DNA from: Isurus oxyrinchus
Lineage: Eukaryota
DNA length: 64,000 nt
NCBI GenBank assembly: GCA_026770705.1
Contig: JANJGN010000006.1
Location: forward strand, 35,092,001 to 35,156,000
Reading direction: 5' to 3'
The notes under the pieces were generated by a model. It had not been told where the DNA came from, did no database searches, and saw nothing but the letters and a program-made list of their open reading frames with translations. Positions 1-12,328 of the stretch are shown here, piece by piece. Each line of letters begins with the position of its first letter. The stretch's first letter is position 1. The position numbers and the translations under genes are program-made.

Positions 1-331
1 TGGCCCTGGTGAGACCCTGGACTTACCTTCTTCCCACTCCATATGCTCCTTTTCTTCAGGAGACTGACTGCAGTCCCAGCAGTGGTCATTGCTCTAGGTG
101 GCAGTGCTGGGACACGATAGCTGCTGGCCATTTGACTGGGGCAGCTCTTGGAGGTGGGATTTGCTCTCCGACGGAGGGAAGTCCTGCCTCAAGCCAATTA
201 AAGGCCCGACAGTCGTTAAATGGCTGTGGGGCAAGTTGGCTAAGCAGGCGGACTCGCCCCATACTTCTATGCCAGAGGGCGGGAGTGAGATGCAACTCCC
301 CCCCTATCCCCTGTCCCTCAAATTTCAGCCC
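1..331 (-). mobile_element. Partial Harbinger-type MITE, cut by the window edge; same family as 2804-3514 in reverse orientation
   Basis: Ends in the TIR-like AAATTTCAGCCC (320-331) and carries the subterminal GCCAATTAAAGGCCC motif. Bases 60-200 resemble the reverse complement of about 2885-3000. Confidence 0.6.
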
Positions 332-1439
332 AACAAAATATGAGCACATTGCACTGAAAGACATCTAAACAATTAATACTGCACATTTGTTTGCTCACTA
401 TCAAGCTGAACATTTTTAGGATAATTTGTGTCCTAGCCAGTGGATGACAAAATTCCTGGTCAGCTTGTAAAAGATGTTTTTTACAAGAAACATGTACTTG
501 GATTAAGTTTCAGCTTCAGACATTGTCAGTAGTTTATGCAAAGAGGAGGTTGGGCTTTGAAATTCTTTGTGGAGTTTCTATTACAACAAGCAAAAACAAT
601 TTTAATGTATATAAAATAACTGCATCAGTTTAAAATCAATACCAGTTCTTGTCTTCTTTAATCCTGCTAAATTCTGGAGATCAACCTGCATAGACACATT
701 TTCACATCGTGGAATCACATTGCTCTGGTAGCAATTGATTGTTTTTCTTCACTCAGAGCTGACCTTATGCAGCAGGACGAGTCCAAAACAGGCCTTGAAA
801 ATTTTGACCACGCTGCAATTTTTTTTTGTCAGATTTGGAAAATTATTACACATACTTTAAAAATACTTGTCAGCTTTTCCTATAACTCAAATGTGTAACT
901 AAATCCTCTTTACTCCAGAGACAGAATTTTAAAGCTCTTTACTCCTCAACTTCTATTTTACCTTTTTGGTTTTGACAACCCTGCAATGATATTGTACTGA
1001 CGTAGCAGAAGATATTTTTCACAATAAAAAAATGAAGAAAGTGATCAGTTTTCCTGCTTTTACACTTTCAGTCATGTAGCAGATTACCTTTTGAGAGTGA
1101 GACTTACCAGATAGGACACACACTGCTCTCAGTAGCTTCTAGAGCTTATGCTTCTTGGTAGAATCCATTCAAATAATATATCCTAGAAGTCTCAGCATAT
1201 ACTGATGGCATTGAGCTTTTTCATTTACCATGAAATTCGAGGGAAGCAGGGCCTCAGAATTATGTACCGCACAACAGACTGTTTGAACTTGGTACCCTGG
1301 AATCTTTAGATTCCATTGCGACAAGCGCAGGCAAAACTTTATTCCACCTTCCTTGTTCATTTTAGCTGGTAGTGACTGACGTAGAGCCCCAGAAAAATGT
1401 ATTTGCCATAAATTTGGCATGAATTTTTAGTCTGCATTG

Positions 1440-1530
1440 TCAAAAACAAATGCTGCAAATCAGAACTAAAAACAAAAATGTTGGAAGTACACAACAGATT
1501 GATCAACAAGGTAACATTTTAGTTCTATAC
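1440..1530 (-). mobile_element. Old, decayed copy of the Penelope-like hammerhead-family 3' tail
   Basis: AAAAACAAATGCTGCAAATCAGAACTAAAAACAAAAATGTTGGAAGTAC resembles the reverse complement of the tails at 32220-32295 and 37535-37615. Confidence 0.45.
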
Positions 1531-1944
1531 TCGAGCCCTACTAGAAGAACCTGGTCCTTATTGAAGTAATAGCTGTTCTCAGCCTGAGGAAGCTGCGAAA
1601 GGTGTAGTCTCTGGAAGAGTGGATGAGTGGATGGTAAAAGATGCACAGCACAAGGCTACAGGATTAGTAACATTTGGCAATGCCAGTCTCAGGAAGGGAT
1701 AAGAAATGGAGAGACAATGAGCATGATGAAGTAAATCCATTGAACTTTTACCTTCTAATAGCCCATGTACAAACTGTACTGTCAGGCACAATGGCTAATC
1801 TCCTGAGTGAGGTAAATTGCCCCAAGGATATTTTAGGAGCTAGTACATAATAAAAGTTTGCACTGAATTGAAGGCAATGCAGAACATCCAAATGACAAAC
1901 TTTGTTAACAATTGCTCATGCTCCATGTTTGTGGTAGCATGCTT

Positions 1945-2770
1945 ACACCAGAACTTATATAGTATCTTTAATGTAGAAAAAGGTCCCTCATGTACTTCAC
2001 AAGAGCATTATCAATTAAAATTTGAAAGTGCATCAAATAAGAAAATATTAGGACAGATTAGCAAAAGCTTGACCAAAGTGGTAGGTTTTAAAGGGGAACA
2101 GAGAGGTGGAGAGGCAAAGAGGTTTATGGAGGGAACTCCAGAGCGCAGGGCCTAGGCAACTGAAACCAATGCTTCCTCCATTAAAGCATGATTAAAACTG
2201 GGGATGTTCAAGAGGCAGAATTGAAGGATTGCAGAGATCTTGAAGACTTGTAGGACTGATGGAGATGACAAAGCTATGGAGGGGCAAGGCCATGGAGAGA
2301 TTTGAATGCAAATATTAGAATTTTAAATTTGTTCTGAGAATGAGAGAGAATGTAGATTAATAAGCACATGAGTGATTGGTGAATGGGACCTGGTGTGAGT
2401 TAGGACATGAACATGCTTACACCACCAGTTTTGGGTGGAAGGTGGGATGCTGGCTGGGAGGGCATCGGAATAGTCAAGTGTGGAGAGAACAAAGGCATGG
2501 ATGAGGATTTCAGCAACAGCTGTTGGGTCATGTTACAAAGATGGAAGTAAGTAGTCTTGACGATGAGTGGATCTGTGTTTAGGAGCATCAAATAAATCAC
2601 CATGGCTGCAAAAATCTTGGTTCAGCCTCAGAAAGTTTCCAGGTAAAAGGATGGAGTTGGTAGCCAGGAAACGGACTTTGGAGAGAGGTCCAAAGGCAAT
2701 GGCTTCAGTCTTCCCAAATTCAGTTGGAGGAAATTTTTGCTCATCCAATACTGGATGTCGGACAAGCTTA
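1945..2770 (-). mobile_element. L2-clade LINE 3' fragment (decayed ORF2 C-terminus and tail)
   Basis: Minus-strand peptides GKTEAIAFGP...LRLNQ and IVKTTYFHLCNM are homologous to the L2 copy at 35700-37005. Confidence 0.75.
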
Positions 2771-2803
2771 CATTGATTTTAATAGGTTGGAAATTCTAAT
2801 CTT

Positions 2804-3514
2804 GGTCAGAATTTTTAGGGTGGCAGGTTCACATCCCTGCTGACTCTGAAAGCTCTGCTGCCTTTTTATGCTCTAACAAGTGTTGATTGGCAGTAGGTGG
2901 GACTTCTGCCCCTCACTCAGGAGGAAGCCCCACCTTGGAGTCAGATTGACCGGCAGCTCTCCAGTCCCTCCAGGAACAGTGCTGAAGTGGCCAGAAGAGG
3001 CATTGCAAGAAGCTTCCTGAACCTAAGTCCAGGGAACTGGAGAAAAAGCTGAGTGTCAGGGGTCCAGGTAAGGAGGGGAGGGAAGGCCTGTGGGGGAAAG
3101 GGGCGGGGAGGGTTGTGGGGGGGGGGGGGTTCACCAGGGGTGATTGGTGTCTCGGGGGAGGAGGGAGGTCTGCAGGTCACCGGGCCTTAAGGGGAGGGCG
3201 CCCCCAGTCAGAAGGGGGCTTCTGATGGAGGCGGACCCTCCCCCTTCCTGCCCGAGATTGAACTCCATTTCCGATCATCTCCCCCCACCCCACACCCTGC
3301 GCTGTCATCCACCCACCAGCCTAAAATATGAAGCTGGGCAGAAAACGGCCCGTAAGTGGCCTACTTAAGGGCCATAATTGGGGCTCTGCCTACCCCAGCG
3401 TAAAATTGCTCTGAGGTAGAGGGAGGCAGGATCCCGATGGGAATCCCATCTGTGCAACTTCACACTCCACGCCCCACCTCAGAACAGGTCAGGGGCGAGC
3501 GTAAAATCCTGACC
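2804..3514 (+). mobile_element. Harbinger-type MITE (~710 bp)
   Basis: TIRs GGTCAGAATTTT (2804) and AAAATCCTGACC (ends 3514). Non-coding interior with G-rich and C-rich tracts. Confidence 0.75.
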
Positions 3515-6217
3515 TCATGATCTACCACGTTACAGTTGAAACTACAAATTTTTGGCTTAGTATATGAGTTAATTTATCTTATTTAAATGTTTCAATGTTA
3601 GCAACAAACCAATTCTTATGCTATTACTAATTGGGCATGACTCTTGTTATCTGCTTTTGAAAACCTTTTTGAAAATGATTTATCTGTACTGTAACTTACG
3701 CTCCTTCAAAAAAATCAAAGTAAAACAAATAAATTGCAGAGCTCACAATTATGGGGACTAATTTTGTTTCTGGCAAAAGCCCGCATGCCAAATAATATTG
3801 TTACACCCCATGCATGTTGGAAGAATGTTGTTGCAATGTAGCCTGAAACTCTGGGCATAATAGAAAGGCTCAGTAATATAGCTAAGGGGGCACTTCACTT
3901 ATAAAAAAATAAGCCTAATCAGATTTTTGGAATATGATCACAATTTTGAAAATGCACAGCAGAACAGCAGAAATAAATACCCAGGTCTGTCTTACATAAT
4001 AAGCCACTACATTCCAAAAGCAATTCAGTTGAGCTGTTCCAAGATAAATTTGACAATAACTTTAATGGCCAAAAAATTGTAGGCTGGGGGTTAGTGATAT
4101 GTCCCTCTGGCGCATGTCAAGGAGCAGCACATTAGAAATCTTATTTCTGGTTTTCTACTACTTTTATGTTTCATACCAATTCTGTAGTTCTGCTTATAGC
4201 TTGTGCGCAGGCAGTTGTTTAAAAGGAACAATAGTAACTTTCATTTTCTGGTTGGCAGATCTTCCTTGCTTTCGACAATGCAAAAAAAAAGCATTGATGA
4301 CCTGCATGCGAGAGCTGAATACTCAGTCTGCTCGTGACCAGAAGACGTGGCAGCCAGCACGGCTTGGCATTTGCATTTGTTCCTGTGGCACTGCTGCCTT
4401 TGACAGAAAGCTGGCAAATGAACGCCTGAGGTCGCTTTTCACTCGTCCATTAGCAAGAGTGCCAATTCACTTATAGTGCAACTGTCAGATAAATGAGCTT
4501 GCTGCTGTCTCTGGAGATACTGAGACCTGCTTGTATTAAGTGGCATTTGCTGGTGCCTCTGGAAATGGTGGCGGTCCTTTACAAGTTTAAATGCTATTTC
4601 TCAAGACAGTGGCTGCTTGAATACTTAGCCCGTTTTTGACTTACTGGGCTGCAAAGACTTCCTGGCTCAGGGGAACATCCAGCAGCCAGAAACAAATCCA
4701 GATACAGTTGTTTTTCTCTTGCTGTGGTGCTGTGGAATAGGCAACATGTCAGCCTCGGCCTCTATCACAGAATCATTTCTCCAGGCAACTCTGTAACAAG
4801 ACTGTCACCAAGGTGAATGCTGATTCAGTTGAAAAATTGAAGAACAAAATGAAAGAGATGTGGTTCAGCAGAGTATAATACATGAACCTCTACCATGAAA
4901 ATAGGAAAGGTTGGAAATGTTCAGTGCAAGCCCTGAAAACCAGAGCAAGCTTTTTGCTAATTTACCAATTCCAGGAGGTATTTGGGGAGGGTGTCAATAG
5001 GAGGGTCGAAGTTATGTCCAAAGCATGAGCTTTAAAATATGGGGATTTAAATACTGAGATTTAGTGTGTCCAGCCATAATGTGTATCTGCTGGATTTAAA
5101 TACTTGAGTGTGCCCATTCCCTTTAGTAATTGCAGGCAGTTATTTTTAAGAAGAAAATACAAGGTGTTTCATTAATATCTTAAAGCAAATCATTGGTGTC
5201 ATTGTTGACTTGTATATGTACACTTTTCTAGACGCCAGGCACTGCATAAAGTTATGAATTGCACTTATTGAATAATTGTGCACATGTATTTAATTGCCCG
5301 CTGTTCTGCTGCTGTAAACACCCTCCTGTTGAGTGAGCAAATGGATTATTTTCCTCTTCCTTGCAAGAAAGCTATTAACTTTTTTTTTCCTTTTAGGTTT
5401 TAATAGCCAAGGATCAAAGGAGAGACCAGGCCAAAATAGTTCCTACACTTGACTTAATGAAACAGAAATTAAATAGCAAAAATGACAGAAAATTGGTCAA
5501 TTATGACAAACGTGTAGTAGCACTCCTTTCACACGTCTCAAGTAGTTAAACTAACACTTAACAGAGCTGACTGATGAAAAGTTTATTATTCCAGCTGTAC
5601 TGTATGCAAAACTTTCAGTTAATGATTTCAGAGAAATGTAGAAAATGCCAAGATATCCACAAAGTTCAGTCTTCCCTAAAAAGAAGTCCTACCTATAAAT
5701 GTGATTATGTGTTCTACAAGTCGAGAAATATGCTTTTCCTCAGACAGCTTTTTTTCATATACTGTGCTAATCAATCACACAAAACTCTATGGACATAACA
5801 TTGCAATTATAATTGTTTAATCATTTGAAATTGACAGCAGTAATTGCCATTAGTTTACCATTAAATGATTAATGATCTTACTTAAGCAGCAAGGGCCAGC
5901 AATACCTTACAGTAATTTTCATGCACTCTTATAATAATAACATTTAAGAGACACTCTAGACAGAATGTTAGTGATGCAGGGTTCAACAATTCATAACTCT
6001 TCCCAGAGGACTTGTCAGAATGCATACAAGTATGTTTAAATAAAATATCATAGACTTCTTTAATGAAAGGGGAAAAGACTTTAATTATGCCAAAAAAAGA
6101 AAGAAAGCAGAGGGGGTAATCAATTTATTTTCAGTTGTCAGTGCTGGATAAAACAGTGTTTAGGTGAATTAAGCATGTTTTAATCAAAACATGTTTTAAT
6201 TACAAAGACATTGGCAG

Positions 6218-6610
6218 TGTCAGCTTGGCTTAATTGGTAGTGCTCTTCAATCTGAAGTCAGAAGGTTGTGGGTTAAATCCTGCTTCAGCTCTTGAGTTTA
6301 TAATTTAGCTTTATATGTACAACCAGAGTTGAACAGTTGGTTGCGCTGGGCATTATAAAGATTTCATGGCACTATGCAAAGAAGAGAAGGAAGTTCTAAT
6401 TATGTCCTGGCAATTGTTCCTCCCTCCATAAGAAACAAACATTCACCTCATGCTGTTGTGGAGTCTTGCTGTGTATAAAGTGGCAACCACATCTGTCTAC
6501 ACTTTTTTGCCAAGGATCACTCATCTTAAAGCAATCATTGTATGTGAAGATATGAAGCGCTTAAGATGTTTTTAAGGCAAATGATGGGCACTATGTAAGT
6601 GCAAAACTAT
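6218..6610 (+). mobile_element. tRNA-headed SINE, SacSINE1/DeuSINE-like, with L2-type tail
   Basis: A-box-like TGGCTTAATTGG and B-box-like GGGTTAAATCC. The central ...CATGGCACTAT...GTCCTGGC...GCTGTTGTGGAGTCTTGCTGTG and the AAGCGCTT...GGCACTATGTAAGTGCAA tail are shared with other copies in the window. Confidence 0.7.
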
Positions 6611-6660
6611 TTTTCAGTTTTGGGTTATCAAATTGCCCATTGAAACGCAAGTCACCCATC

Positions 6661-6751
6661 ACACCACCCCCGCCCCTGCCACCGCCCCCCCCACCCCCCA
6701 CAGCGCCCCCCCCCCCCCCCCACCCCCCCCACCCACCCCCCCCCCCCCCCA
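6661..6751. repeat. C-rich low-complexity tract (G-quadruplex-capable on the minus strand)
   Basis: Many C5-C15 runs separated by single bases. Confidence 0.8.
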
Positions 6752-6945
6752 CTGACAACCCTCAGCAAGGGTGCTGAGTAAAGTTTGTTCATATCAGAGT
6801 GTAATGGCAATTAGCCAACAATATTGTAAAATCTATGTGATATGTCCTGCCCTAAGAAATTACAGCAGTAACTAGATAGTATGATTTTTGGGGCAGGCTA
6901 GGTCAATTGCATAGTGTTTTCAGTTCTGTACTTCCCCACGCTGCT

Positions 6946-7652
6946 TTGGGGGTTTTACAGTCAGTGTGCGGGGGCGGGCCCAACATGCCGGAGCATAAAG
7001 TGACATGTGATGACGTCGGGCATGCGTCCTGATGATGTCATCGTGCTGTCTCACGATGTTTCACTCGGTGGGTGCGCCGGAGTTGGCTGCTCGCCCGTTG
7101 ATAATTGAAAGGCCTGTTAAGGCCATTAACGAAGTAATTAATTTTAAGTTTATGCTGCCCGTCCAACCTAACGGCTGGCGGGGCAGGCGAAAAGACCAAG
7201 CGGTCTTTACATTTTTTAGGAAACCTCATCCACAAGGGGGATGAGGTTTCCTAAAGCTTTTACGAATTTAAATAAAAAGTTTTCCTGAAAAATAAAAACA
7301 CGTCCCACCTTGTGTGACACAGTCACATGAGGAGACATGTTTCATTAAATTTTTATTACATTCATTTATTTTTTTCAAAAGCGCTTCAATCTCCCTGAGG
7401 CACGGAGCTGCCTCAGGGAGATTGAAGTGCTCTTTCATGCGTGTGTGCGAAAGAGCGCTGGACCCAACTCTCCCTCCTCCCCCTGCCCACAGAGGTAGCA
7501 CTCGCTACCACTTGAGTATTATGCTGGGCGGGTCTTAGTTGGCTCGCCCGGGTAAAATGGCGGTGCGGAGCTGGTCGCGGGGGGTTGGTCGGGTCCACCA
7601 CCTCCCCTGCTCACTCCTGCCAGGTCTGCCCGACACCTGAAAAATTCAGGCC
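6946..7652 (+). mobile_element. Harbinger-type MITE, three-hairpin family (copy A)
   Basis: Right TIR AAAATTCAGGCC ends at 7652; the left end is degenerate. Collinear with 13815-14437, 48726-49424 and the reverse complement of 9815-10412. Confidence 0.8.
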
Positions 7653-8490
7653 ATAGAATTACATGGAATTTACAGCACAGAAATAGGCCAAATCAATGTT
7701 AACGCTCCACACGCGATGCCTCCCATCCTTCTTCATCCAACCTAGCAGCATAACTTTCTATTCCTTTCTCCCTCAAAAAATGACCTGGTTTCCCCTCAAA
7801 TGCATCCATTCTTTTTGCTTTAACCACTCCAAGTGGTAGCGAGTTCCACATTCCCATTACTCTCTGTACAAACAAGTTTCATCTGAATTTCCTATTTGAT
7901 TTCTTCTATTTTGATGGCCTTATGGTGTTGTCTTTTCCCACAAGTGGAAATGCTTTCTCTGTTTCTGCTTTATCAAAACCTTTCATAATTTTAAAGATCC
8001 CTATTTGGTCACCCCTCAGTCTTCCCTTTCCAAGACAGAGACCCACCCTGTTCATCTTTTCCTGATAGGTATAATCTTATATTTCTGGTATCATCCTTGG
8101 AAATCTTTTTTGCACCATCACCAGTGCCTCTGTATTTTTTTTTAGAATATGGTCACCAGAATTGTGCACACTCCCCTAAGCCTGGCCTAACCAAGGTTCA
8201 ATACAAGTTTAGCATAACTCCTCCATTTTTCAACTCTATCCCCAGTGCTTGGTGTACCTTTTTGAATAGTCTTATTAACTGTGTCATTACTTCAAGCGAT
8301 TTGTGTATTTTTTCTCCCAGATTCTTTTGCTCCTCTACCTCTTTTTGATTCTTATTTTTCATGGAATATATATCCTTCTTACCTTTTCCTTTAACAAAAT
8401 ATAATTCCTTACACTTAACTGTGTGGAAATTAATTTGCCAATTATATGCCCGGTTGACACGTTTATAAATGTTTTCTTGTAATTTGTTGC
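7653..8490 (-). mobile_element. CR1-clade LINE 3' fragment
   Basis: Begins with the reverse complement of the CR1 tail (ATAGAATTACATGG...CAGCACAGAAATAGGCC). The minus strand shows a LYxTLVRPxLxxCAQFW-type ORF2 remnant near 8150-8210. Confidence 0.75.
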
Positions 8491-8799
8491 AGCTGGTTTA
8501 ATATTCACTTTTATTATGAGAAAAAGTCTCCCATTTTGTAAGTTAGACTGCTCCTGCTATTCACATTTCACCACCAGAGGAGGGTAAACACCTGCCCAAG
8601 TATCACCTGGCAACTGGTCAAAAAGAGGGTGCATGCTAGCAACCAGGTTGCCGTTCATTGTTCTCCTCAACACACACAAAGCTAGTAATTCGTTCAACAT
8701 TCCCGATAAAGTCAAGTCAAAATTTGGAAAACACATTGTTTAGTTAAATCTTCCAATCACTGTCGTGTCTCACTTCAATGAACGCAGAAATAAATCGGG

Positions 8800-9155
8800 C
8801 TACAGTACCTAAAATTTTCTGACAAACTCTAAAGAAGGCAAAACCGTTTTGCTTACCTTGTAAAAACTCTTTCCGCCTCCATGAACTGATGTAAAAGCCA
8901 ACAACTGCTGAGCCCCACCTCCTCGCTGAAAATCAGTAAACTTTCTGGAGAAGGGCGCTTAATGAGCCCACCACAATGTAAAAGAGTTCGTTCACATGAG
9001 TGGGGCTAGTCGGAGTCCACTCCCAATCTCCCGCCTTTGGGAAAATGGCAGGGGTCAGAACGGAGGCGGGACTTCTAGCTTCGCCACTTAACGGTCAGTT
9101 TGTATGCTGTCGCGCCTCCATTCCATCGTGATTCGGGATGGGAAAATTCCGACCC
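8800..9155. mobile_element. MITE terminal fragment (Harbinger-type end)
   Basis: CpG-rich block ending in GGAAAATTCCGACCC (9155); left boundary uncertain. Confidence 0.45.
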
Positions 9156-9459
9156 ATGAATCCAAGAAAAATCCTGATCACGGGCGGTTGCTTTTATGTG
9201 ACTGACCGCTTAAAACCCTGTCCTTAAAGAGACCATAGCTGCTTATTACACAATTGCAGAAGCAGTTGAGGAGCAGCAGGTGACACACTGAGTTGACTGT
9301 AAGGCAACTGAAAAGAATGGTTCATCTATGATTTTGTGCCAGTTTTAAAGCATATCTTCAAATATAAGATCTGGCAAGAAGAAGGGAATTGTAAGGAGAA
9401 AGGAAAAAGAGCCCACAATATCAATGAACTAACTGTCGGACACCACTGGATGAGACATT

Positions 9460-9814
9460 GGCCAGAGCTTTACATTCCCCAATTAATGGCCACTGAAGTG
9501 CCATTTCCCCCCCCCCCCCCCAACCTCAATTTTTACCCTGGCAGGAAGATTGAATGTCCATGGGGGAAGTCTGAAATACATCAAAGGCACATCCTGGAAG
9601 GGAAGCCTGGGGGTGGGGGTGGGTGCCTCCATCAGAAGCCCCCTTGTGAAATCAGGCATCCCCCCTCCCTTAAGATCTGGTGGCCTCCAGACCTCCTTTC
9701 CCCCTTGCCTCAACCATGAGACCCCTCATGCCCCTTTCGTTCCCCCACCCCCCCCATGCCTTTTCTCCCCTCCCCACCCTGGGATCCCCTGAACTTGCCT
9801 GGGCCTTCAGTTCC
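9460..9814 (-). mobile_element. Fragment of the 2804-3514 MITE family
   Basis: Starts GGCCAGAGCTTTAC. GCCTCCATCAGAAGCCCCCTT...CCCTTAAG is the reverse complement of about 3186-3232. Confidence 0.6.
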
Positions 9815-10412
9815 CAGATGAATTTTCCCCCCATCGGGGGGGAAGTTGATGGGCGGGCGGTGCACCATTTTATGTGGGCGAGCCAATTAAGGCCCACCCA
9901 GCGTGACGTCCGGCGGGAAGCGCTATGCGCTCCCTGTGCGGGTGGGGGGGGTGGGATTCCTAAAATTGAGAGGGTGCTCTTTTGCGCACGTGCACAAAAT
10001 AGCACACTCACCTCCCTGAGGCAAAGTGCAGCCTCAGGGAGATCGTCTCTACTTTCAAAAATATTAAAGAATAGAAAAAAAAAATTCCCTTACATGTCCC
10101 CTCATGTGACAATGTCACTTGAGTTGGGACATGTCCATAATTTCAAAAAAAACTTTATTAAAATTTTTAAAGCCCTATGTGAAACTTCATCCTGCCGGTG
10201 GATGAGGTTTCATGTTTTTTCTATTACCCGCCGAGGCTCCTGGACTGCCTGCCAGCCTTAAGGTTGGACGGGCAGGTCCACTAACTACTTTAATCGCTCT
10301 GTCAATGGCCTCAAGTGGCCATTGACAGGTCAGTGGGCGCACAGTTTATTTTGCTGTGGCCCCACCTTCCTGAAAATTTAAATGGGGCGCAGTGACTTTG
10401 GGAGTTCCGCCT
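9815..10412 (-). mobile_element. Harbinger-type MITE, three-hairpin family (copy B, reverse orientation)
   Basis: The three hairpins appear in reverse order at about 10010-10043, 10091-10134 and 10181-10211. GCCAATTAAGGCCC motif at about 9881. Confidence 0.8.
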
Positions 10413-10799
10413 GTAGCATGTGGCTCAATTTCTTCTTCGGGCATTATGGATAGCAGCACACTGCTCTCCTAAAAGTAATGGATGTGCAAGTAATCCTTAG
10501 CAATGCACTGTGGTGAAGGATTCACCAGCTCAAGATCTTACAACATGTATTGCCATCTCCCTTAACAGCAATTTCTTGCGCACAATATTGTATAGTTTCT
10601 TCCTACACTTTAACAAGAGCAAATCAACATGAACTGGTGACACCCTCTAAAAAATAGTGCTCAAATGCCTTACCACAACCTTCTTAGAGTGCCAGTGTAA
10701 ACCAGGGCATTCCAGACAGTGAACTGGTCTTCTATGAAGAGTAGGCCATGGAGGTGTTGGGATGAATACTTCTCTAGCTGTTGGAGATGGTGAGATTGA

Positions 10800-11450
10800 T
10801 GGAGCAGTGGATACAACCAGAAGCTTCAAAACACTATTGCAAAGCAGCTCCTGGTCAATCAAGGCAGCAAAATGGTCCCAAATGGTCCTGTGGGAGCACA
10901 TATTCTCTCACTCATCAGCTGCTTTTATAACAATTCTTAGAGGGCTGATTTTCGAGAGGTGTACCATATCATCCATAAGTAATTCGTTCATTTACAGTCT
11001 TCCTTGAAAAACTCAGGCAGAATTCCTGAGGGTGAATGCATCATAGGCATTTCCTTCATATTTGGTGCTTATGTGACAGGTTCTTTACATCTGGTCACAT
11101 GCAGCCTGGATGTTCAGAGAATTGATACCACTTTCTGTTAAGAAATTTGAGTAAGTTAATGGTTGAAGATCACAATGGTACATATTGCTATTTTGATGGC
11201 CTTTTTGCAATGCTGAAGTCAAGCTGGATGAATTACCCAGGCCTCCTCCAGGGTCAGTGTCCAGACAAATCCATACCTATTAGAACCTTGGGTGATATTG
11301 CATTGGACCCCCATGACTGCTTGAAATGAGTCTCTGGCATAAATATTGAGTCCACTCATTTCTGTCCGTTGCTGCCACAGCTCCCCTTTTGCCTCTTTGA
11401 AGTACATTCTTCTCACACAGATCTCTTCGCTGTGGCCTTCACAGGATTTG
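10800..11450 (-). pseudogene. Highly decayed Harbinger/HARBI1-like DDE transposase relic
   Basis: Minus-strand translation ...SGINSLNIQAACDQ...KYEGNAYDAFTLRNSA...ELLMDD matches the HSLNVQxxCD / YPGSxHDxxILRxS / LLGD motifs. Many stops. Confidence 0.7.
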
Positions 11451-11667
11451 TAAGTTATTTTCAGAAATAATATTGTGTAAGGCAATGTCTCCTTAAATAC
11501 TGTCTCAATTCCCTTTCCTCTGCCCTACAATGGCTTCCTTCCTCCTCCATTAAAATTGCACACTAGGAAATTCCACAGGGAATCCATACCTGGGACTCAG
11601 TGGAAGAAAAAATTCCCACTGGTCTTGGAAACAGTTGGACTATCAGATCCAAGTCTAGCTCAATCCA

Positions 11668-12328
11668 GGAATGAAAGAAAGACTTGCATTTCTATAGCAC
11701 CATTTCTTTTTCACGACCATCAGACATGCCAAAGTGTTTTAACAGCCAATGAAGTATTTTAAAAATATAGTCACTGTGGTGATGTAGGAAATGTACCAGC
11801 CACATTGCACACAGAAAACTCCCATAGAGAACAATGTAATAATGACCAGATAATCTCCTTTAGTGTTGTCGATTGATGGTTAAACATTGGCCAGGACACT
11901 GGAGTATTTCCTCATTTCTTCTTCGAAATAGAAAGAAAGACTTGCATTTATATAAAACGCCTTTCATGACCTCAGGATGTCACAAAGTGCTTTGCAACCA
12001 ATGAGATACATTTGAAGCATAGTTACTGATGTTATGTAGGAAACATGGCAGCTAATTTGCACACAGTAAGCTCTCATAAATAGCAATATGATAATGACCA
12101 GATAATCTGTTATTTGTGATGTTGATTGAGGAATAAATATTAGCCAGGATACCGGTGATTACTCCCCTGTTCCTCTTTGAAATAATGTCATGGGGCCTTT
12201 TACGTCCAACTGAGAGGGAAGATGGGGCTACAATTTGATTTCTCATGCAAAAGACAGCACATTTGACAGTGCAGCATTCCCTCAGTACTACACTGGAGTA
12301 TCAGCATGGATGGTTGTGCTCAAGTCCT
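11668..12328 (-). mobile_element. Two tandem SacSINE1/DeuSINE-like SINE copies (11668-11930 partial; 11930-12328)
   Basis: Both start with GAAAGAAAGACTTGCATTT (reverse complement of the tail) and share the ATAATGACCAGATAATCT...GCCAGGA core with 26275-26647. Confidence 0.75.

Noticed and set aside
5380-5400. Splice acceptors of a host gene (also about 22788 and 33030)
   Set aside because: Polypyrimidine-AG only, with no matching donor or recognisable coding frame.
6218-6295. tRNA gene
   Set aside because: The A/B boxes belong to a degenerate SINE head that continues into SINE body and tail; no intact cloverleaf.
9680-10261. 193-aa ORF as a real protein
   Set aside because: It spans two MITE fragments, is low-complexity, and is not open in sister copies.
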